Shown here one piece after another: positions 9,936-19,762 of a stretch of 64,000 nt of DNA (position 1 is the first letter of the stretch; each line of letters opens with the position of its first letter). The notes under the pieces are model-generated. The model did not search any database and was not told the DNA's origin. It saw only the letters and a program-made list of their open reading frames with translations. Source of the DNA: Candidatus Sumerlaeaceae bacterium. Its GTDB lineage: Bacteria > Sumerlaeota > Sumerlaeia > Sumerlaeales > Sumerlaeaceae. The DNA is taken from positions 32,001 to 96,000 of the forward strand of contig JBPCLP010000028.1 of assembly GCA_051003195.1 (NCBI GenBank), written 5' to 3'. The position numbers and the translations under genes are program-made.

Positions 9936-10568
9936 ATGATCGAATACCTGCGAGGAACCCTGCTGCACAAAACGGAAGGCCATGCCGCCATCGACGTCGC
10001 CGGTGTCGGGTATGGCGTCGAGGTAACGGCAGCCGCTTTTGCGGCGCTGCCGCGCGCAGGCGAGCCTGCCGAGCTGCACACATATCTGTATGTCCAGGAA
10101 GCTATACTGCGGCTCTATGGCTTTGCCAGCCGCGACGAGCGTTCGCTATTCGAGGTTTTTCTCGGGGCGAGTGGGATTGGGCCCAAAACGGCCATCGCGA
10201 TCCTCTCCAGTATCGAAGTTGCAGCATTTGCTACCGCGATCCTCCAGGGTGATCTGAAGACGCTTACCCGAATTCCCGGCATTGGCAAAAAAACCGCCGA
10301 GCGGCTTGCAGTTGAACTACGCGACAAGATGAAAGAGTATGCCTTCGCCACCGCTGCGAGCAGCAACGGCGCGAGGAATGATGCAGATGTCAGTGCGGGT
10401 ACGCCCTACATTGTCGGTTCCGTCATCCGCGAGGCCGTTGAGGCGCTGGAAGCGCTCGGTTGCAAGCCGCTGGTCGCCGAAAGGGCGGTCCAAAAAGCGG
10501 CTGATATACTGGGAACCGAAGCCGCTGTGCCGGACCTGGTGCGAGAAGCACTGAAGCACCGATACTAG
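9936..10568 (+). CDS. ruvA: Holliday junction branch migration protein RuvA
   Basis: MIEYLRG, VAGVGY, LYGF, SGIGPKTA, IPGIGKKTAERL, EALEALG C-terminal domain. Confidence 0.97.
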   Translation: MIEYLRGTLLHKTEGHAAIDVAGVGYGVEVTAAAFAALPRAGEPAELHTYLYVQEAILRLYGFASRDERSLFEVFLGASGIGPKTAIAILSSIEVAAFATAILQGDLKTLTRIPGIGKKTAERLAVELRDKMKEYAFATAASSNGARNDADVSAGTPYIVGSVIREAVEALEALGCKPLVAERAVQKAADILGTEAAVPDLVREALKHRY

Positions 10569-10630
10569 TGTGCCGTCTGAAAAGGTCATAGCTATACCTC
10601 AGTAAGCTTCTGAGCTCGGACGGCACACTG
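10565..10630. repeat. diverged single copy of the GTGTGCCG palindromic element
   Basis: AGTGTGCCGTCTGA (10567-10580) pairs with TCGGACGGCACACT (10616-10629); shares AAGGTC after the left arm and TGAGCTC before the right arm with the other copies. Confidence 0.8.
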
Positions 10631-10654
10631 ACATCTACAAGGAAGGGCGTGACA

Positions 10655-12070
10655 ATGAAATCAGGCCGGTTACAGATCTTCTTTTCTGCCGCTTTTTTTC
10701 TCCTCATTCTGCAAAGTGTGGCGGCCGCGCCTTCCAGGGCTGTTACGAAGCCAAACATTATCTTCATCTTTTGTGACGATCTCGGGTATGGGGACCTTGG
10801 ATGCTATGGTAATACCGAGATCCGCACGCCAAACATCGATCGCATGGCGAGCGAAGGCGTTCGGCTTACGCAGTTTTACGTCACGATGCCGGCGTGTTCG
10901 CCGTCGCGGGCCTCACTGCTGACCGGCAGGTATCAGCTCCGGGTTGGCATTCCCAATGTGCTCGGACCTGAAAGCAAAATCGGTCTGCGGCAGAAAGAGT
11001 GGACCATTGCAGAGGCGCTAAAAGAGCAGGGTTACTCTACTACTTGTATTGGCAAATGGCACCTGGGCCGGCCCGCCGAATTCCTGCCGACCAAACATGG
11101 CTTCAATTCGTACTTCGGCATTCCCTACAGCAACGACATGGACCGCTCACACGCAGGCGGTGCCGCGGTGCCACTCCTTGAGAATGAGACTATCATAGAG
11201 CAACCTGTAAACCAGGACACTCTCACGCAGCGTTACACCGAGCGCGCCATTCGCTACATCCAGGATAACAAGAACCATCCGTTCTTCCTTTATCTACCGC
11301 ATACCTTTCCTCACGTGCCGCTGCACGCATCGGACAAGTTCCGGGGTAAAAGCGCGCGTGGCCTCTTTGGCGATGTGGTCGAGGAAATCGACTGGAGTAT
11401 GGGCGAAATTCTGAACACCTTAAGGGCACTTAAGCTGGACCGTAAAACTCTCGTCATTTTCAGCAGCGATAACGGCCCGTGGTTGGTCAAAGGCCGCGAT
11501 GCTGGCAGCGCCGGCATTCTGCGGGACGGGAAAGCCACGGTCTATGAAGGTGGCATCCGCGAGCCGTTCATCGCCTGGTGGCCGGGAAAGCTGGCTCCAG
11601 GTAAAACTGTGGACGAACCGGTTATCAGTACGGATATGTTCCCGACACTCCTGAACCTCGCCGGCGGGAAGGCGAAGAGCCACAACTTTGACGGAACTGA
11701 TGTTTGGCCGATTATCAGCGAGGGAGCCAGGCGTGCAAAGACCGAGTTCGTCTGGTACAAAGGCGTGAATCCGGGTGCCGTTCGCATCGGTAATTATAAG
11801 CTGCATCTGCCCAAAACGGTAAAAGGCACCAGTGTACCCCTCGAACTCTATGATATCGCAGCAGATATCTCGGAGAAGAACAATCTCGCCGCCGCCAAAC
11901 CAGAAGTTGTCGAACGCTTGAGCAAGTTTGCAGCGAAGATGGATGACGAGATACGCGGTCAATTTCGCAGGCATCCCAATGCCTTTGAAGGCGACTTGCT
12001 CTCCAAAGCGCCCGCCCGCATTGCAGACCCGACTTCCACCGCAGCCAAAGCTGCCGAGACGCCGCGGTAA
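10655..12070 (+). CDS. secreted arylsulfatase (formylglycine-dependent, S1)
   Basis: Signal peptide; PNIIFIFCDDLGYGD, CSPSRASLLTGR, GKWHLG, SSDNGP, EGGIREP. Start is ATG 10655 or GTG 10649. Confidence 0.95.
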   Translation: MKSGRLQIFFSAAFFLLILQSVAAAPSRAVTKPNIIFIFCDDLGYGDLGCYGNTEIRTPNIDRMASEGVRLTQFYVTMPACSPSRASLLTGRYQLRVGIPNVLGPESKIGLRQKEWTIAEALKEQGYSTTCIGKWHLGRPAEFLPTKHGFNSYFGIPYSNDMDRSHAGGAAVPLLENETIIEQPVNQDTLTQRYTERAIRYIQDNKNHPFFLYLPHTFPHVPLHASDKFRGKSARGLFGDVVEEIDWSMGEILNTLRALKLDRKTLVIFSSDNGPWLVKGRDAGSAGILRDGKATVYEGGIREPFIAWWPGKLAPGKTVDEPVISTDMFPTLLNLAGGKAKSHNFDGTDVWPIISEGARRAKTEFVWYKGVNPGAVRIGNYKLHLPKTVKGTSVPLELYDIAADISEKNNLAAAKPEVVERLSKFAAKMDDEIRGQFRRHPNAFEGDLLSKAPARIADPTSTAAKAAETPR

Positions 12071-12122
12071 GGGAAAACGATTGCGTCCGGCTTTCCCCAG
12101 CCGCAGCTAGTTGAACCTGCCC

Positions 12123-13256
12123 ATGATTCGAAATTTTGAAGAAGTAAAGTTCGACGACATCGCCTGGAGTGATACCTCCAGCCGCACCACGATGCGCAGG
12201 GTTCCGCCGCTTCTGCGTTTGTCTGTTCGCGAAGTTGGAGTACTCAACCCGCTGATCGTCGCGGAGACGCAGGTCCCTGATCGCTTTGCGATTGTAACGG
12301 GCTGGCTGCGCTTCCAAGCGGCGCGCGAGGTAGGCGAGAACTCGGTACCCTGCCACATTTATCGCAGCTTCCCGCCCAAAATCCTGCTGCTGTGCAGCCT
12401 CTTCGACAACCTGGGCCACAGGCACCTGAACCCTGTCGAGCAGGCAATCGCATTGCGCAAACTTGGTGAATTCTACACCCCCGCGGAAATCCGGCGCACA
12501 TTTCTGCCGATGCTCAACATTCACACATCCGAAGCCGCGCTACCGGCACTCATTGGCCTCGCAGAATTGCCGGAAGATCTTCAGTGGGCCATTGCGGATA
12601 ACGACGTGCTGCCGCAGGCTGCACCCGTGCTTAACGAAATCCCGCATGGCCATCGTCAGCACATTCTGCGGTTGTTCCGTACCGTCAACATGGCGGAACC
12701 CTCGCAACTGGAAGTCGCCGACGCATTCCGACTGCTGTTGAAGAAGAAGGCCCAGTCGCCGCTGGAAATCATGCAGGAGGAAAAGTGGGTCAGCAAGGCA
12801 GAGCTTGCGATGGACCCCGACGTGAAAGTGGAACAGGACCTGTTGCAGCTGGAGGTGGGGCTGGCGGCGGTTCCAACATTGTTCGCCTCCAGACGTTCTG
12901 TTGCGGGCACGCACAGCACGAACGCGAATTACCTGGCTCCCAACGCAAACGACAAACCGAAGACGAAGTCGCCTGTGCGGAAAAAACCGCCGGGAAAGCA
13001 GAAGTCCGAGGTGCATGCACCGACAGAGTCGCAGGTGCTGTCAGCGCTGCAACGTCGTGTGGGAAAGCTGCAGCGAAAGACGCCCCAGGCGCCACGGCTG
13101 CCGGCAGGAGCAAGGCTGGCAGGGAACTCCACAGCAGCAAGGTCGCAAAAGCTCGAAGTGGATTTCACGAGCGCAACGCAGCTCTGCGATACGCTGCGGC
13201 AGCTCCTTGATGCCGGGGAACGCGGTGCGCTGCAGGCGATGCTGCAGCGTCGATGA
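12123..13256 (+). CDS. ParB/Srx N-terminal-domain protein (divergent)
   Basis: SVREVGVLNPLIV, IVTGWLRFQAA (degenerate GxRR box), DNLGHRHLNPVEQA. Start is ATG 12123 or TTG 12111. Confidence 0.75.
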   Translation: MIRNFEEVKFDDIAWSDTSSRTTMRRVPPLLRLSVREVGVLNPLIVAETQVPDRFAIVTGWLRFQAAREVGENSVPCHIYRSFPPKILLLCSLFDNLGHRHLNPVEQAIALRKLGEFYTPAEIRRTFLPMLNIHTSEAALPALIGLAELPEDLQWAIADNDVLPQAAPVLNEIPHGHRQHILRLFRTVNMAEPSQLEVADAFRLLLKKKAQSPLEIMQEEKWVSKAELAMDPDVKVEQDLLQLEVGLAAVPTLFASRRSVAGTHSTNANYLAPNANDKPKTKSPVRKKPPGKQKSEVHAPTESQVLSALQRRVGKLQRKTPQAPRLPAGARLAGNSTAARSQKLEVDFTSATQLCDTLRQLLDAGERGALQAMLQRR

Positions 13257-14395
13257 GCCGCTATCGCGTCCTGCGAATGATCACCTGGCTGCCGATGGGT
13301 GGAATCGAACGCAAAATTGCGGCAGTGCTGCCAAGACTGGATCCCGAGCTGTTCGAGGTTCACATGTGCTGCATACGTGAACGTGGCCCCCTTGCAGACG
13401 TGCTCGAAGCTGCCGGGATCCCTGTGCACGTTGTGCCGTTCCGTAGCCGACTCGATCCTATAGCTCTGTTGCGATTGCGTCACCTGGTTAAGCGCCTCGG
13501 AATTCAGCTGATCCACTCACACATGTACAGGTCCAACGTGCCGGCGACCGCGATGAAGGTTTTCGATCGCAACATCCGCGTGATTGGTCATTATCATAAC
13601 GTCAACACGTGGGAGACACCACGCCAACTCGCACTGGATCGTTTTCTCGCTCAGCGGCGCAACATGAATGTCGCCGTGAGCGAAGCTGTGCGGAAGGATG
13701 TACAGCAGCGACTTGGCCTTCGCGCGGAATTGACGACTACATTGTACAACTGCGTCGACCTTGATGAGTTTCATCCATTGGTTGAAACCGAGCGTTTGGA
13801 AGTGCGGCAGGATCTTGGTCTGAACATGGAGCATCGTGTCGTTCTTTGCGTGGCACGGCTGGTGCCGCAAAAGAACCAGCAGCTTGTACTGCATTGTGCA
13901 CCTGAGATTCTGCGTTCAGTGCCCGCGGCGAAGTTCCTGTTCGCTGGCGGCGGACCGGATGAGGAACTGCTCAAGCAACTGGCACAGCAGCTTGGAATCG
14001 CCGGGCAGGTGGCATTCCTGGGCCCTCGCAACGATATACACCGGCTGCTTGCCGCTGCGGACGTGGCGGTGCTGCCGTCGCTCAAGGAGGGCTTTTCAAA
14101 CGCCGTGCTGGAAGCAATGGCGTGCGGCACTCCCATGGTCGCAAGTGATGTCGGCGGTAATCGCGAAGTCATCGACCATGGTGATAACGGCTTCCTCTGC
14201 GACATGCTGGAGAATCCGGCCGGCACCCTCGAAGTAAACAGCGCGCAGTTTGTCCGCCATGTAAAGCGGTTGCTGCTCGAAGAAGACGTTTGCGAGCGCA
14301 TTGGCGAGGCAGCCCATGCACGTGCACAACACTACGGGATAGACTCAATGGTGCGCGAGATCGAGCAACTGTACCTCGAAGTGCTGGAGGACTGA
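13253..14395 (+). CDS. GT4 family glycosyltransferase
   Basis: GGIER, VARLVPQKNQ, EGFSNAVLEAMACGTPMVASDVGG (EX7E motif); ATGA overlap with the upstream gene. Confidence 0.93.
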   Translation: MSRYRVLRMITWLPMGGIERKIAAVLPRLDPELFEVHMCCIRERGPLADVLEAAGIPVHVVPFRSRLDPIALLRLRHLVKRLGIQLIHSHMYRSNVPATAMKVFDRNIRVIGHYHNVNTWETPRQLALDRFLAQRRNMNVAVSEAVRKDVQQRLGLRAELTTTLYNCVDLDEFHPLVETERLEVRQDLGLNMEHRVVLCVARLVPQKNQQLVLHCAPEILRSVPAAKFLFAGGGPDEELLKQLAQQLGIAGQVAFLGPRNDIHRLLAAADVAVLPSLKEGFSNAVLEAMACGTPMVASDVGGNREVIDHGDNGFLCDMLENPAGTLEVNSAQFVRHVKRLLLEEDVCERIGEAAHARAQHYGIDSMVREIEQLYLEVLED

Positions 14396-14398
14396 ACG

Positions 14399-15691
14399 AT
14401 GCTGAAGGCAAACGGGGATGCGTCTAATGTGGTGGCCATCGTGCTGGGTGGCGGCCGTGGCACCAGGTTGTATCCGCTCACGCGTTACCGCAGTAAACCC
14501 GCCGTGCCACTTGCGGGCAAGTATCGACTCGTCGATGTGCCTATTTCCAACTGCATACACTCCGGCATCCGGCAAATCTATGTTCTTACGCAGTTCAATT
14601 CCGCATCCCTGAATCGGCACGTTGCCCAAACATACACCTTCGACCAGTTCTCTGGGGGTTTCGTTGAAATCCTGGCTGCCGAACAGACGCCGGAAGCCGA
14701 GGAGTGGTTTCAGGGCACGGCCGATGCAGTCCGCCGGACTTTGATGCACATAGGCCAGCCTCAGAGTACCCACATCCTCATCCTGGCGGGAGACGCGCTG
14801 TACCGGCAGGATTATAGCCAGGTGCTCAGTGAGCACATTCGTGACCAGGCCGACATTACCCTCTGCTGCAAGCTGGTGGACTCAGAACAGGCGGGCGCGT
14901 TCGGCATTGTTGGCATTGATGAGGAACGTCGTGTGGCCTCATTCCACGAGAAGCCGAAAGGCGAGGCGCTGGCACCTCTGATGGTAGACCCGGATATGCT
15001 GCGTCAGGCCGGAGTTCACGGCGATCCTTTGGCGCGCCCCTATCTCGCATCCATGGGCATTTACCTGTTTCGCAAGGAGGTGTTGCTTGAGATGCTAAGC
15101 GAGGGCGACGACCACGATTTCGGTCGGCAGCTCATCCCGCGTGCGATCCAGTCGAAGCGAGTGTTTGCCAACCTCTTCGATGGATACTGGGAGGACATTG
15201 GCACCATCAGTGCATTTTTCCAGGCAAACCTGGACCTCCTTGCAGAAAAGCCGCATTTTGATTTCTACGAAAGTGGCTGCCCCATCTATACGCATTGCCG
15301 CCTCCTGCCAAGCTCACAGGTGTTTAACTCCACCGTTGAGGGCGCTCTCATCGCGGAGGGTTGTATCATCAATGATGCCGAACTCCGAAATGCAATCGTC
15401 GGGATCCGTTCGATGATCGGTTCAGGGGCGAAGCTTGAAAATGTGGTCATGATGGGCGCCGATTATTACGACTGTGAGAGTCCGACGTCCAGCCATCTGC
15501 CACCCCTGGGCGTAGGGCGCAACGTACATGTTCGAAACGCCATTATCGATAAGAATGCCCGCATTGGTGACGGAGCCCGCATCCTTAACGAAGCTGGTGC
15601 CGACGATGTCGATTCCGATTATTACTCAATCAAAGATGGAGTAGTGGTCATCCCGAAGAATGCGATCGTCCCGGCCGGCGCAGTTATTTAA
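14399..15691 (+). CDS. glgC: glucose-1-phosphate adenylyltransferase
   Basis: LGGGRGTRLYPLT, SKPAVP, TQFNSASLNRH, WFQGTADAVR, EKPK, ASMGIY, DFG, YWEDIGT. Confidence 0.97.
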   Translation: MLKANGDASNVVAIVLGGGRGTRLYPLTRYRSKPAVPLAGKYRLVDVPISNCIHSGIRQIYVLTQFNSASLNRHVAQTYTFDQFSGGFVEILAAEQTPEAEEWFQGTADAVRRTLMHIGQPQSTHILILAGDALYRQDYSQVLSEHIRDQADITLCCKLVDSEQAGAFGIVGIDEERRVASFHEKPKGEALAPLMVDPDMLRQAGVHGDPLARPYLASMGIYLFRKEVLLEMLSEGDDHDFGRQLIPRAIQSKRVFANLFDGYWEDIGTISAFFQANLDLLAEKPHFDFYESGCPIYTHCRLLPSSQVFNSTVEGALIAEGCIINDAELRNAIVGIRSMIGSGAKLENVVMMGADYYDCESPTSSHLPPLGVGRNVHVRNAIIDKNARIGDGARILNEAGADDVDSDYYSIKDGVVVIPKNAIVPAGAVI

Positions 15692-16515
15692 TCCTCTATG
15701 GAATAGTTCATCGCCCGGGAGCGGACATTAACAATCTTCCAGCCGTCAGCGGCCTTGCGCAACGTATAGCGCTCGTCCTTGCGACGGCTCGTGCCCCCGA
15801 CTTTATCGTCGCGTAAACACGCAACCGTTGCAACATTGTTACTGGTCTTAATCGTCTCGGCATCGATCACGTGATGATGCGTATTTCCCGCATCGTCAGC
15901 GACAAGTTGCGCTCGCCGCTGGATGTAGTCCTGCCTGGAAACACCGGCGATCATTTCATCTCCGAGGCAGTTGTACTCGGCAGCAAAATCCTGTGTGTTC
16001 CATGCACTAACAAAGCGTCGGACCACCTCAGTCGGTTCGTCGGCAAACACCGCTTGAGATTCCGGCGCTTCGGCACTTTGCGCTGGTCCTACTTTTGTGA
16101 CGTGCCCGCGTTCGGAAATATACTGGTTCTTCCGTAGCAGGTATTCGACGCGGCCCAGCAGGCCCAATGGATCAAATGGCTTGGCGAGAAAATCATCGCT
16201 GCCCAGCCCGACCGACCAGAATTCGTCCGGCTTGTCTACCTGCGCTCCAAGAGACGAGATCACGAGAATAGGCAGGTCTGCTATTTCGGGCTTCGCACGA
16301 ACCTGTTTAATGAATTCCATGCCGCTCATTCCGGGCATCCGAAGATCCGTAATAATTAAATCGGGCCGGAACTGCTCCAGCGCCGCAAGTCCTTCATCGC
16401 CATTGGTAGCCGTGGTGATCTGGTAGCCCTTCGTGCCCAGCACCAGGCGAACGACTTCCACGACGTCTACATCGTCTTCGACAACTAGAATGTGCCTGGA
16501 ATTACCTGGAGGCAT
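15688..16515 (-). CDS. response regulator: receiver plus C-terminal NTF2/SnoaL-like domain
   Basis: ILVVEDD, DLRMPGMSG, FLAKPF; C-terminal domain PTEVVRRFVSAW...YTLRKAADGWKIV. Confidence 0.85.
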   Translation of the reverse strand: MPPGNSRHILVVEDDVDVVEVVRLVLGTKGYQITTATNGDEGLAALEQFRPDLIITDLRMPGMSGMEFIKQVRAKPEIADLPILVISSLGAQVDKPDEFWSVGLGSDDFLAKPFDPLGLLGRVEYLLRKNQYISERGHVTKVGPAQSAEAPESQAVFADEPTEVVRRFVSAWNTQDFAAEYNCLGDEMIAGVSRQDYIQRRAQLVADDAGNTHHHVIDAETIKTSNNVATVACLRDDKVGGTSRRKDERYTLRKAADGWKIVNVRSRAMNYSIED

Positions 16516-16641
16516 TCTTAAGCTTCGATCTATTCCGTTCTTTAAGTGCTGATGTGGCCCGAAAGCTGGTGCGTGCAATGCAATTTTTTCAAGGGCCTGG
16601 CTTTGACAGGGTGAACTCGCGTGGATACGCATGGCTGAAGT

Positions 16642-17676
16642 TTGTCCCGTTTGGCAGACTTGACAGAGCCCTTGCCGAGGCAGCAACACAGCGCTGTGCC
16701 CGGTCCCGCGGAAAAACTACGCATTATGGTTGTCGAAGATGAGCCCGATATCGCGCTCATTCTTTCAGAAATTTTAAGTGCCTTTTACGAAGTTGTACTG
16801 GCAACCAATGGCCTGGAGGCGCTCGAGCGGCTGGGCCGCTACGAACCTGATATTACCGTCATGGATCTGATGATGCCTGTGCTGGACGGGTTCGACACAA
16901 CGCGCGCCATAAAGAAAGATGCGCGCTATGCGCACATGCCTGTGCTGTTTCTTACCGCACGCAAAGACAATCAATCCGTACGGCAGGCGATGCTCTCGGG
17001 CGGCGACATGTACCTCGAGAAGCCGTTTAATCCGCCCGAGTTGCTGGAGCGCATCCAGGAACTCGCAGCCAAAAACCGGGTCATGCCCAGGCGCAAGCAG
17101 TACACCGTGCCGGAAGTAAACGCACATTTCGAGGCAATGGCAAACGCTCCGCCTCCTGCGCCGGCCCGGCCCAAGACGAACCAGTCCGCGCCTGCGCGGC
17201 CACTTACCGAGCAGCTCGCTGCTCATGCCGCCCATCCACGCGTTCGGATCCTTGCGGTTGATGACGATTCTGATGTGCTGAACTTCACCAAAACGATATT
17301 GGCCGAGGACTATGAGGTCATCACGACGCTGGACAGTGAGAGTGCTCCGGACAAGATCATCGCCTATCAGCCCGATATTCTACTGCTCGACATACAGATG
17401 CCTAAACTTAACGGCTTCCACCTGTCACATTTGATCCGGCTGAACCGGCGACTGCGGGGAGCGAAAATTATTTTCGTTTCATCCAGATCGGACCGCATTG
17501 CAATGGAAACGGCCTTTGATCTCGGTGCGAGTGAGTATCTTGAGAAGCCCTTCACGCCGGAACAGTTAAAGCGAAAATTGCGCGATGTGACTGCAAAACC
17601 CGATTTCGCCCGCAGTAAGAAGAGAATCGAGTACCGGGAAATTCTCCGCCGGGAAGGCCCGGTAAGCCAGATGTAG
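16642..17676 (+). CDS. response regulator with two receiver domains
   Basis: IMVVEDE...DLMMPVLDG...EKPF, a Pro-rich linker, then ILAVDDD...DIQMPKLNG...EKPF. Start uncertain (TTG 16642 or GTG 16696). Confidence 0.88.
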   Translation: MSRLADLTEPLPRQQHSAVPGPAEKLRIMVVEDEPDIALILSEILSAFYEVVLATNGLEALERLGRYEPDITVMDLMMPVLDGFDTTRAIKKDARYAHMPVLFLTARKDNQSVRQAMLSGGDMYLEKPFNPPELLERIQELAAKNRVMPRRKQYTVPEVNAHFEAMANAPPPAPARPKTNQSAPARPLTEQLAAHAAHPRVRILAVDDDSDVLNFTKTILAEDYEVITTLDSESAPDKIIAYQPDILLLDIQMPKLNGFHLSHLIRLNRRLRGAKIIFVSSRSDRIAMETAFDLGASEYLEKPFTPEQLKRKLRDVTAKPDFARSKKRIEYREILRREGPVSQM

Positions 17677-17704
17677 TGCACCGCCCGGGGCTGGATACCC
17701 GGTT

Positions 17705-19762
17705 CTACTCCTCGCGCAGACCGCAGTAGAGCTTGTTCTCCCACTTGTAATTCGTGTTCTCGATTTCCGCGCTCCAGATGTGGCCCGTGTTTGTAGTAAT
17801 GTGCTCGTCTTCTTTTGAGAATTCCCGCCGATATCCCAACGGGCGAAGGTGGCGCGCTGCCACACGTCGCGCAGTACGCTCGACTATGTTAGCCGGATTA
17901 TCATCCACCTGCGACTTCAGAGATTCGTTCCACTCCTGCAAGGTGACACCATAATCTGCGAGCACGTAACGATCATAGGCCGTATGGAAATCGAGCAGCT
18001 CCGTCCGCATCAGATCCAGCACCCGCTTCGCATCCGCCGTTTTGCCCATCCAGTGATACAACGTGACCAGGTTGCACAGTCCCAGCGTTAGCATCACGGT
18101 GCATTGGTACACGGCGCGATTGTCCAGGTTCTCATAAGCAGTGGCGTAGCTTCGGTGTGAGTCGAGGATGAAGTAATAGCCCTGCGCTGCCACGGCGGCC
18201 ATGAGATAATCCTCATCTTTTACCCGCTTCTTTACATCGCGCATCAGGTACTGGTCCACGAGCGCACGAATCTCGACGTCCGCCTCGCTCATGTCCTGCT
18301 GCAGGAACAGCTCGCGCCAGTGCGCGTGCGAAAAATGAACCAGGAACTCGGTCACATTGCGACGCACAATCTTAGCATCTTTCGCCGTACATAGACTTGC
18401 GAGAATTTCGAGAAATCCGCCGGTCATTGTGGTCGGATCTCCCTTCGCAGCTTTGCTGCAATTCGCGCGTGCTTTCACATACGCCATTTTCCACGCCTGC
18501 GGACCGATCTCCTGCACCTTGCCCGTCCGGGTGCGACGTATATACGGACGGTTTTCATCCACGAGCTTAAAGAACGCATTGCTGTCTAGAACGCCTTCCC
18601 AGCGCCCGAGGCTCGGGTTCGTATGCCAGTCCGTCCAGGCAGTATTTTCCTTTAATCCGACTTCCTGTGGCTCGTGCGGCGCCATGCCAAACTTACCGCT
18701 CATCTTGCGGCGGACGTATACGTCGGTGGAGACAGGCATGTAACTTAACTGGGCCAGCTTGACGACCTTCTGCTCGAAATTGAGGGCGGACTTATTGTTA
18801 AAGATAAGGCTTTCGAGTTCCTCAAAATGTCCCCAGCAGTAGTCGACACCCTGCTCATTGAGCTCGCTGTCGACCTTGGCGATCGTGCGATCGATCAGTT
18901 TCTTTACTGAGGGATTTGAGTAAGTAACCCAGTCGCTGAAGCTGCGGTCGCGAAAAACAACACTGACCGTCGCTTTTGGGTTCAGGTGAACCTGGTTCCA
19001 GCTCTTCATCAGGATGTCGATGTCGGTGGGCTGTACCTGGACATCATCCAGAAGCAATAACAGGTGAGGTTCGTGAATGCGATCGCGCTTGGCTAACGCG
19101 ATAAACTCCTCGTACAGAATGTCCAGAGTTGCGCGCGAATAGCCGCTTTCCGGAAACCAGAAGGGCACGATGAACTTCGTTTCACCATGGACGGTGCGCA
19201 GATGCTCATGGTAGAGTTTTATGACGTCCCAGTAGAGCAACAACCCCACACGGATGCAGAGCCTGCGATCGAAGTCGTTGTCCAGCAGCGGAAGTATCGC
19301 GTGAAAGGGGGAAGTGGCACAAGGTGATACGACGCCTGTGCGGAACAGCTCCAATACCGTACCGTATGTATTTTCGCCCTGCTCATAATCGAGCTCGATC
19401 ATCCGGTGCAGGGTGTCGGGATCTATATCCATGCTCGTGAACGGCAGCATGCCGCGTTCTTCGAACTTTTCGGCCATGGCCTGCCGGGTATAGAACGAAA
19501 TGGATGAAAAAAGCCGCAGGAATACCCTGTAGCATTTCATCATCATATCCGTCCAATTCTTGCCTCGGACGACCTCCGTGCCAATCACGGTGCTTACAGG
19601 CGCAATTCTCTCGAGGTACTTTGGGGGTTCTGAGAGTTTCTCGATCCATTCATCGAGATCTGCGTCATCCAGATTGGGGGGAAGATTGCGGTCGATATCG
19701 ACGCGGGAGCCAAGTTGACAGGAGTGACTATGGTAAACCGGGTGCAGTTGGTTTGCGGGCAT
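17705..19762 (-). CDS. divergent GH57/DUF3536-like protein
   Basis: HSHSCQ, PFHAILPLL, FWFPESGY and TAWTD...LGRWEG occur in the same order as HGHFYQ, YNHVILPLA, MWLAEAAV and SSWSC...IERWRS in the 24516-26972 protein. Confidence 0.65.
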   Translation of the reverse strand: MPANQLHPVYHSHSCQLGSRVDIDRNLPPNLDDADLDEWIEKLSEPPKYLERIAPVSTVIGTEVVRGKNWTDMMMKCYRVFLRLFSSISFYTRQAMAEKFEERGMLPFTSMDIDPDTLHRMIELDYEQGENTYGTVLELFRTGVVSPCATSPFHAILPLLDNDFDRRLCIRVGLLLYWDVIKLYHEHLRTVHGETKFIVPFWFPESGYSRATLDILYEEFIALAKRDRIHEPHLLLLLDDVQVQPTDIDILMKSWNQVHLNPKATVSVVFRDRSFSDWVTYSNPSVKKLIDRTIAKVDSELNEQGVDYCWGHFEELESLIFNNKSALNFEQKVVKLAQLSYMPVSTDVYVRRKMSGKFGMAPHEPQEVGLKENTAWTDWHTNPSLGRWEGVLDSNAFFKLVDENRPYIRRTRTGKVQEIGPQAWKMAYVKARANCSKAAKGDPTTMTGGFLEILASLCTAKDAKIVRRNVTEFLVHFSHAHWRELFLQQDMSEADVEIRALVDQYLMRDVKKRVKDEDYLMAAVAAQGYYFILDSHRSYATAYENLDNRAVYQCTVMLTLGLCNLVTLYHWMGKTADAKRVLDLMRTELLDFHTAYDRYVLADYGVTLQEWNESLKSQVDDNPANIVERTARRVAARHLRPLGYRREFSKEDEHITTNTGHIWSAEIENTNYKWENKLYCGLREE

